DNA of 32,000 bases from Methanocaldococcus jannaschii DSM 2661 (lineage in GTDB: Archaea > AGJL01 > Methanococci > Methanococcales > Methanocaldococcaceae), in the NCBI RefSeq assembly GCF_000091665.1, contig NC_000909.1:1632971-1664970 (forward strand). The letters are read 5' to 3'. The translations under genes and the position numbers were made by a program. Shown in pieces: positions 27,999-32,000 of the stretch. Below the pieces are notes generated by a model. It made no database searches. It had not been told where the DNA came from and saw nothing but the letters and a program-made list of their open reading frames with translations. Position 1 is the first letter of the stretch, and the number at the start of each line of letters is the position of its first letter.

Positions 27999-29153
27999 GT
28001 GATTACTTTGGATATAAACTTGGATAAATACAAAAACTTAACAAGAAGCTTGACAAGGGAATTTATTAACTTAAATCCAATACAGAGAGGAGGCATTTTA
28101 CCAAAAGAGGCTAAGAAGGCAGTTTATGAATATTGGGACGGTTATAGCGTTTGCGATTACTGCCATGGAAGATTGGATGAGGTTACATGCCCACCAATAA
28201 AGGACTTTTTGGAAGATATTGCCAAGTTTTTAAATATGGACTGTGCAAGACCTACACACGGGGCAAGGGAAGGAAAATTTATTGTTATGCACGCCATATG
28301 TAAAGAAGGAGATTATGTAGTTTTAGATAAAAATGCTCACTACACAAGTTATGTTGCCGCTGAAAGAGCTAAGCTAAACGTTGCAGAGGTTGGCTATGAA
28401 GAGGAGTATCCAACATATAAGATAAACTTAGAGGGTTATAAGGAGGTTATAGATAATTTAGAGGACAAGGGAAAAAATGTCGGATTGATATTATTAACTC
28501 ATGTAGATGGAGAGTATGGGAACCTAAACGATGCAAAAAAAGTTGGTAAAATAGCTAAAGAAAAAGGCATCCCATTCCTACTAAATTGTGCATATACAGT
28601 TGGAAGAATGCCAGTCAATGGAAAGGAAGTTAAGGCTGATTTTATTGTTGCATCAGGGCATAAGAGTATGGCAGCATCAGCTCCATGTGGTATTTTGGCA
28701 TTTAGTGAGGAATTTTCCGATAAAATAACAAAAACATCAGAGAAATTCCCAGTTAAAGAAATTGAGATGCTTGGATGCACAAGTAGAGGACTGCCAATAG
28801 TTACTTTAATGGCAAGCTTTCCTCATGTTGTTGAAAGGGTTAAAAAATGGGATGAAGAGCTTAAAAAAACAAGATATGTTGTTGATGAACTTGAAAAGAT
28901 TGGATTTAAGCAGTTAGGAATTAAACCAAAAGAACACGATTTAATTAAATTTGAAACACCAGTATTGGATGAGATAGCTAAAAAGGATAAGAGGAGAGGG
29001 TTTTTCTTCTATGATGAGTTGAAGAAGAGGGGAATTGGAGGGATTAGAGCAGGAGTTACTAAGGAGATTAAGATGAGTGTCTATGGATTAGAATGGGAAC
29101 AGGTTGAGTATGTTGTTAATGCAATAAAGGAGATTGTTGAGAGTTGTAAATAA
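27999..29153 (+). CDS. pscS: O-phospho-L-seryl-tRNA:Cys-tRNA synthase (SepCysS), PLP-dependent; probable GTG start
   Basis: DINLDKYKNLTRSLTREFINLNPIQRGGILPKEAKKAVYEYWDGYSVCDYCHGRLDEV...FLNMDCARPTHGAREGKF...VASGHKSMAASAPCGILAFSEEF. ORF extends to 27963; the GTG at 27999 is more plausible given overlap with marC. Confidence 0.92.
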   Translation: MITLDINLDKYKNLTRSLTREFINLNPIQRGGILPKEAKKAVYEYWDGYSVCDYCHGRLDEVTCPPIKDFLEDIAKFLNMDCARPTHGAREGKFIVMHAICKEGDYVVLDKNAHYTSYVAAERAKLNVAEVGYEEEYPTYKINLEGYKEVIDNLEDKGKNVGLILLTHVDGEYGNLNDAKKVGKIAKEKGIPFLLNCAYTVGRMPVNGKEVKADFIVASGHKSMAASAPCGILAFSEEFSDKITKTSEKFPVKEIEMLGCTSRGLPIVTLMASFPHVVERVKKWDEELKKTRYVVDELEKIGFKQLGIKPKEHDLIKFETPVLDEIAKKDKRRGFFFYDELKKRGIGGIRAGVTKEIKMSVYGLEWEQVEYVVNAIKEIVESCK

Positions 29154-29165
29154 TTTGGTGATGCT

Positions 29166-29459
29166 ATGATTGAAGAAGAAATAACTCTTAAGATTCCAAA
29201 AAGTATCGTTAATCAAATAGATGAGCTTATTAAAGAAGGGTATTTTAGCAGTAGAGATGAGTTTGTAAGATATGCTGTTAGAGAATCACTAACTGAAATA
29301 GCCATAAGTAAAAAAATGAGTAGAGAAGAATGCAAAAAAATATGGGAGGAGTATAAAATAAGAAAAAAGGACATAAAAATTGATGAAAAAGAAATTGAAG
29401 AGTTGTTGGATGAGGTAGATAAAGAATGGAAAAAATGGAAAAAATTAAAATTAAAGTAG
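29166..29459 (+). CDS. Ribbon-helix-helix antitoxin-like protein
   Basis: ITLKIPKSIVNQIDELIKEGYFSSRDEFVRYAVRESL is a typical RHH N-terminus; overlaps the downstream PIN gene. Confidence 0.8.
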   Translation: MIEEEITLKIPKSIVNQIDELIKEGYFSSRDEFVRYAVRESLTEIAISKKMSREECKKIWEEYKIRKKDIKIDEKEIEELLDEVDKEWKKWKKLKLK

Positions 29460-29893
29460 TTATTGATACAAATGTATTTATTTCTGCTTTAATAAACCCT
29501 AATGGCATTCCTGGGAAAATCTTAGATTTAATTTTTGAGGAAAAGATTGTTAATTATACATCTCCTTCAATTTTAAAAGAAATTGGGTTCAAATGTTTAT
29601 CCCCAAAATTAAGAAAATATTTAGGGAATGAAAATAGAATTTTAAAAATACTCACCGCTTTTTCTTCTGTTTCGGTTATTATAAATCCAAATACTAATTT
29701 TAATGTTTGTAGAGATGAAGATGACAATAAATTTATAAATGTTGCTTATGAATCGAAAGCCATCATTATTACTGGAGATAAGGACTTAATATCATTAAGA
29801 GACGAAAATAAATATCTAAAAATCAATAACATACATTTAAAAGTCCCAACTCCAAAAGAATTTATTGAAGAATTTGAAAAATTTATATCTTAA
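29426..29893 (+). CDS. PIN-domain putative toxin (COG1569-like)
   Basis: KVVIDTNVFISALINPNGIPGKILDLI, CRDEDDNKFINVAYESKAIIITGDKDL. Confidence 0.85.
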   Translation: MEKMEKIKIKVVIDTNVFISALINPNGIPGKILDLIFEEKIVNYTSPSILKEIGFKCLSPKLRKYLGNENRILKILTAFSSVSVIINPNTNFNVCRDEDDNKFINVAYESKAIIITGDKDLISLRDENKYLKINNIHLKVPTPKEFIEEFEKFIS

Positions 29894-31025
29894 ACTCTCC
29901 CCTCTCTATCTTCTTCTTTAACTCTTTAGCTAATTTTAAAGCTCTCTTTCTATCTGACTGCCTACATGTTATTGGAATTCCACATACAGAGCCAAGCTTT
30001 GTTTTAAATACTCCATAAGGGCAAATATTGCAAACTCCACAACCAAAACAATCTTCAGTTATCTTTATTTTTCCATTCTCTCTTTTTATGGCAAAAGTTG
30101 GGCAGTATTTTTCAACTAAGCACTCTCTGCAGTTTTTACATTTATCTTGATAGATTTTTGGTCTTAAATCTACGTTTTCCCAGACCTCTGCATAACTTCC
30201 AATGTCTATAATCTCTCTACCAAATATATTAACTAAAGGTAGGGTAATATCCTTATCAAGCTTTTTTAAAGCTTCTTTATGCTCATCAACTTTAATTGGG
30301 ACAGCTATTGTATTATAAATCTCTATTCCGTTTGATGTTACAAATCCTCCCAAGTAATAGGCATCCATATCTTTCATATCTGCGGACATCATTAGATTTG
30401 GCTTCTCTATCGATGCCCTTGTTCCAAAGCCTAAGATAATAGCTTCAGCACCATTTAATAGAGCTTTTTTTCCAACAACATCTTTTTCATCTTTAATAAC
30501 CATATTCTCTAATGGATTAAGCATTCCACAGCCAGAGAATGATGCCTCTCCTTTTTTTAGAGGCAATCTGTGAAATATTGTATTAACTTCCTCATCAGAT
30601 AGATTAGTTATTGCAGTATAGTTTTTAAATGCCATTCTTGTTCCTATCATCTTTGCAGTTGGTAAATCATCTATAGTTATCTCATTTTTGTAAATTTTGC
30701 CTTCACTTATGGCTTTAGCTTCTACAACTTTGCCCTTAACTAAATCTTTAAATAAAAATCCTACTTCTCCGTAAAATATTGCATCAACCTTTCCTAAAAA
30801 TTCATTTGGGCAGATGCCAACAACCCCTTTAATGTCATTTAAATATATTTCCTCCGCCCTCTTAAAAACTTCATTAAAAGGAATATGAAAGATTCCAGCA
30901 GTTCCAGACATTATTCCGCAAGTTGCTGATGTAACTACATCAACCTCCTCTATCTTGTCCTCTTCATTATTTCTAATGTATTTTTTTAGTTCATCTATTG
31001 TTATTACTTTTAATTCCTTTTCCAC
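29883..31025 (-). CDS. DUF39 (homocysteine biosynthesis-type) domain protein with C-terminal 2x[4Fe-4S] ferredoxin
   Basis: 380 aa; VVTSATCGIMSGTAGIFHIPF...GVVGICPNEFLGKVDA...; C-terminal CKNCRECLVEKYCP, CFGCGVCNICPYG. Confidence 0.8.
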   Translation of the reverse strand: MEKELKVITIDELKKYIRNNEEDKIEEVDVVTSATCGIMSGTAGIFHIPFNEVFKRAEEIYLNDIKGVVGICPNEFLGKVDAIFYGEVGFLFKDLVKGKVVEAKAISEGKIYKNEITIDDLPTAKMIGTRMAFKNYTAITNLSDEEVNTIFHRLPLKKGEASFSGCGMLNPLENMVIKDEKDVVGKKALLNGAEAIILGFGTRASIEKPNLMMSADMKDMDAYYLGGFVTSNGIEIYNTIAVPIKVDEHKEALKKLDKDITLPLVNIFGREIIDIGSYAEVWENVDLRPKIYQDKCKNCRECLVEKYCPTFAIKRENGKIKITEDCFGCGVCNICPYGVFKTKLGSVCGIPITCRQSDRKRALKLAKELKKKIERGEFKI

Positions 31026-31037
31026 AATGCCACCTTT

Positions 31038-31892
31038 TTATTTTCCAATTCTTTTGCACATCTCTAACAGTCTTTCAATTCTCTCTTCAGTTGGAGGGTG
31101 TGTTGAGAAAAGTTTGGCAATAAAATCTTTTCTAAATGGGTTTATTATAAACATGTGAGCTGTTGCTGGATTTCCTCTCTCCAATGGGTATAACTCTACC
31201 CCTCTTTCTAACTTAGCTAACGCATTAGCCAGCCACAATGGATGTGTTAGCTTAGCTCCCTCTTCATCTGCGTAAAACTCTCTCTGTCTTGAAATTGCAA
31301 ACTGTATTATTGTAGCAGCAATTGGAGCTAATATTAATAACAAAATCGTTCCAATTAACTCTAATGGATTACTCTCCTCCTCTTCAGAAACAAAGAAAAT
31401 TCCTCCCCAGTATAGCATCCACTCTGCAATCATTACTATAGCTCCAGCTAAAGTGGCTACTATAGTGCTTATTAAGATGTCTCTATGTTTTATGTGAGAT
31501 ATTTCATGTCCAATGACTCCTTCTAATTCTTCTGGGGATAGTAATTTTAATATTCCTTCGGTTACAGCCACTACGGCATTTTCTGGATTTCTACCCGTAG
31601 CAAACGCATTTGGTGTTTCAGTTGGAACTATAGCAACTTTTGGTTTTGGTAGTCCAGCTTTTCTTGCAACTCTTTCGACCATTTGATGTAACCAAGGCAT
31701 CTCATGCTCTTCTAAAATCCTTGCGTTGTAACTCATTAATACAAGTTTATCACTCATATAATATGCAATAACATTTGGAATTAAAGCTAAGATTATGGCT
31801 ATCAATGGATGTATATGCAACATCATACAAATTGCATAAATTAACCCTACAAGTAAAGCCATTAATAAATAGGTCTTTATTTGATTTATCAT
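31038..31892 (-). CDS. htpX: HtpX family membrane zinc metalloprotease
   Basis: 284 aa; [15 protein letters not shown] zinc-binding motif, [23 protein letters not shown]-like region, [29 protein letters not shown]. Confidence 0.93.
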   Translation of the reverse strand: MINQIKTYLLMALLVGLIYAICMMLHIHPLIAIILALIPNVIAYYMSDKLVLMSYNARILEEHEMPWLHQMVERVARKAGLPKPKVAIVPTETPNAFATGRNPENAVVAVTEGILKLLSPEELEGVIGHEISHIKHRDILISTIVATLAGAIVMIAEWMLYWGGIFFVSEEEESNPLELIGTILLLILAPIAATIIQFAISRQREFYADEEGAKLTHPLWLANALAKLERGVELYPLERGNPATAHMFIINPFRKDFIAKLFSTHPPTEERIERLLEMCKRIGK

Positions 31893-32000
31893 AATCCATC
31901 ACACTCATTTAAAACTTTGTTTAAAAATATTGTAAATACAAAATGCTTAAATAATTTACGTTGCTAATTTTATTATCCGTAGGGCATTAATAATTAGAGC

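Overview
The window is AT-rich archaeal DNA, consistent with a Methanocaldococcus jannaschii-like hyperthermophilic methanogen; this is recognised from gene content and order, not from a database search. Most of it is dense housekeeping coding: SAM hydroxide adenosyltransferase family (partial), topoisomerase I, a COG1092-type methyltransferase, an RPA-like ssDNA-binding protein, hypoxanthine/guanine PRTase, a FAH-family protein, a U32-like protein, an archaeal ATPase, SepRS, PdxT, a two-domain ABC ATPase, MobA, UPF0210, TruA, MarC, SepCysS, an RHH/PIN toxin-antitoxin pair, a DUF39+ferredoxin protein and HtpX. The main accessory block, about 15.7-25.6 kb on the minus strand, is a type III-A (Csm) CRISPR effector locus. 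It carries Cas10/Csm1 with intact HD and GGDD motifs, Csm2, Csm3, Csm4 and Csm5, plus two different CARF-HEPN ancillary proteins and a small Csx20-like protein that may be a ring nuclease. The window contains no CRISPR array, cas6, cas1 or cas2. The observations most worth a second look are: (1) the Cas10 C-terminal domain (about 104 aa) is encoded in the -1 frame downstream of the annotated cas10 ORF; (2) an 85-bp GC-rich, structured insert sits between two 28-bp near-perfect direct copies of the start region of the RPA-like gene, creating a 38-codon upstream ORF that overlaps the true start as ATGA; (3) a 70-nt GC-rich, highly structured candidate ncRNA lies between truA and a hypothetical gene; (4) a frame-disrupted ORF remnant is apparently fused in frame to the N-terminus of the FAH-family protein.
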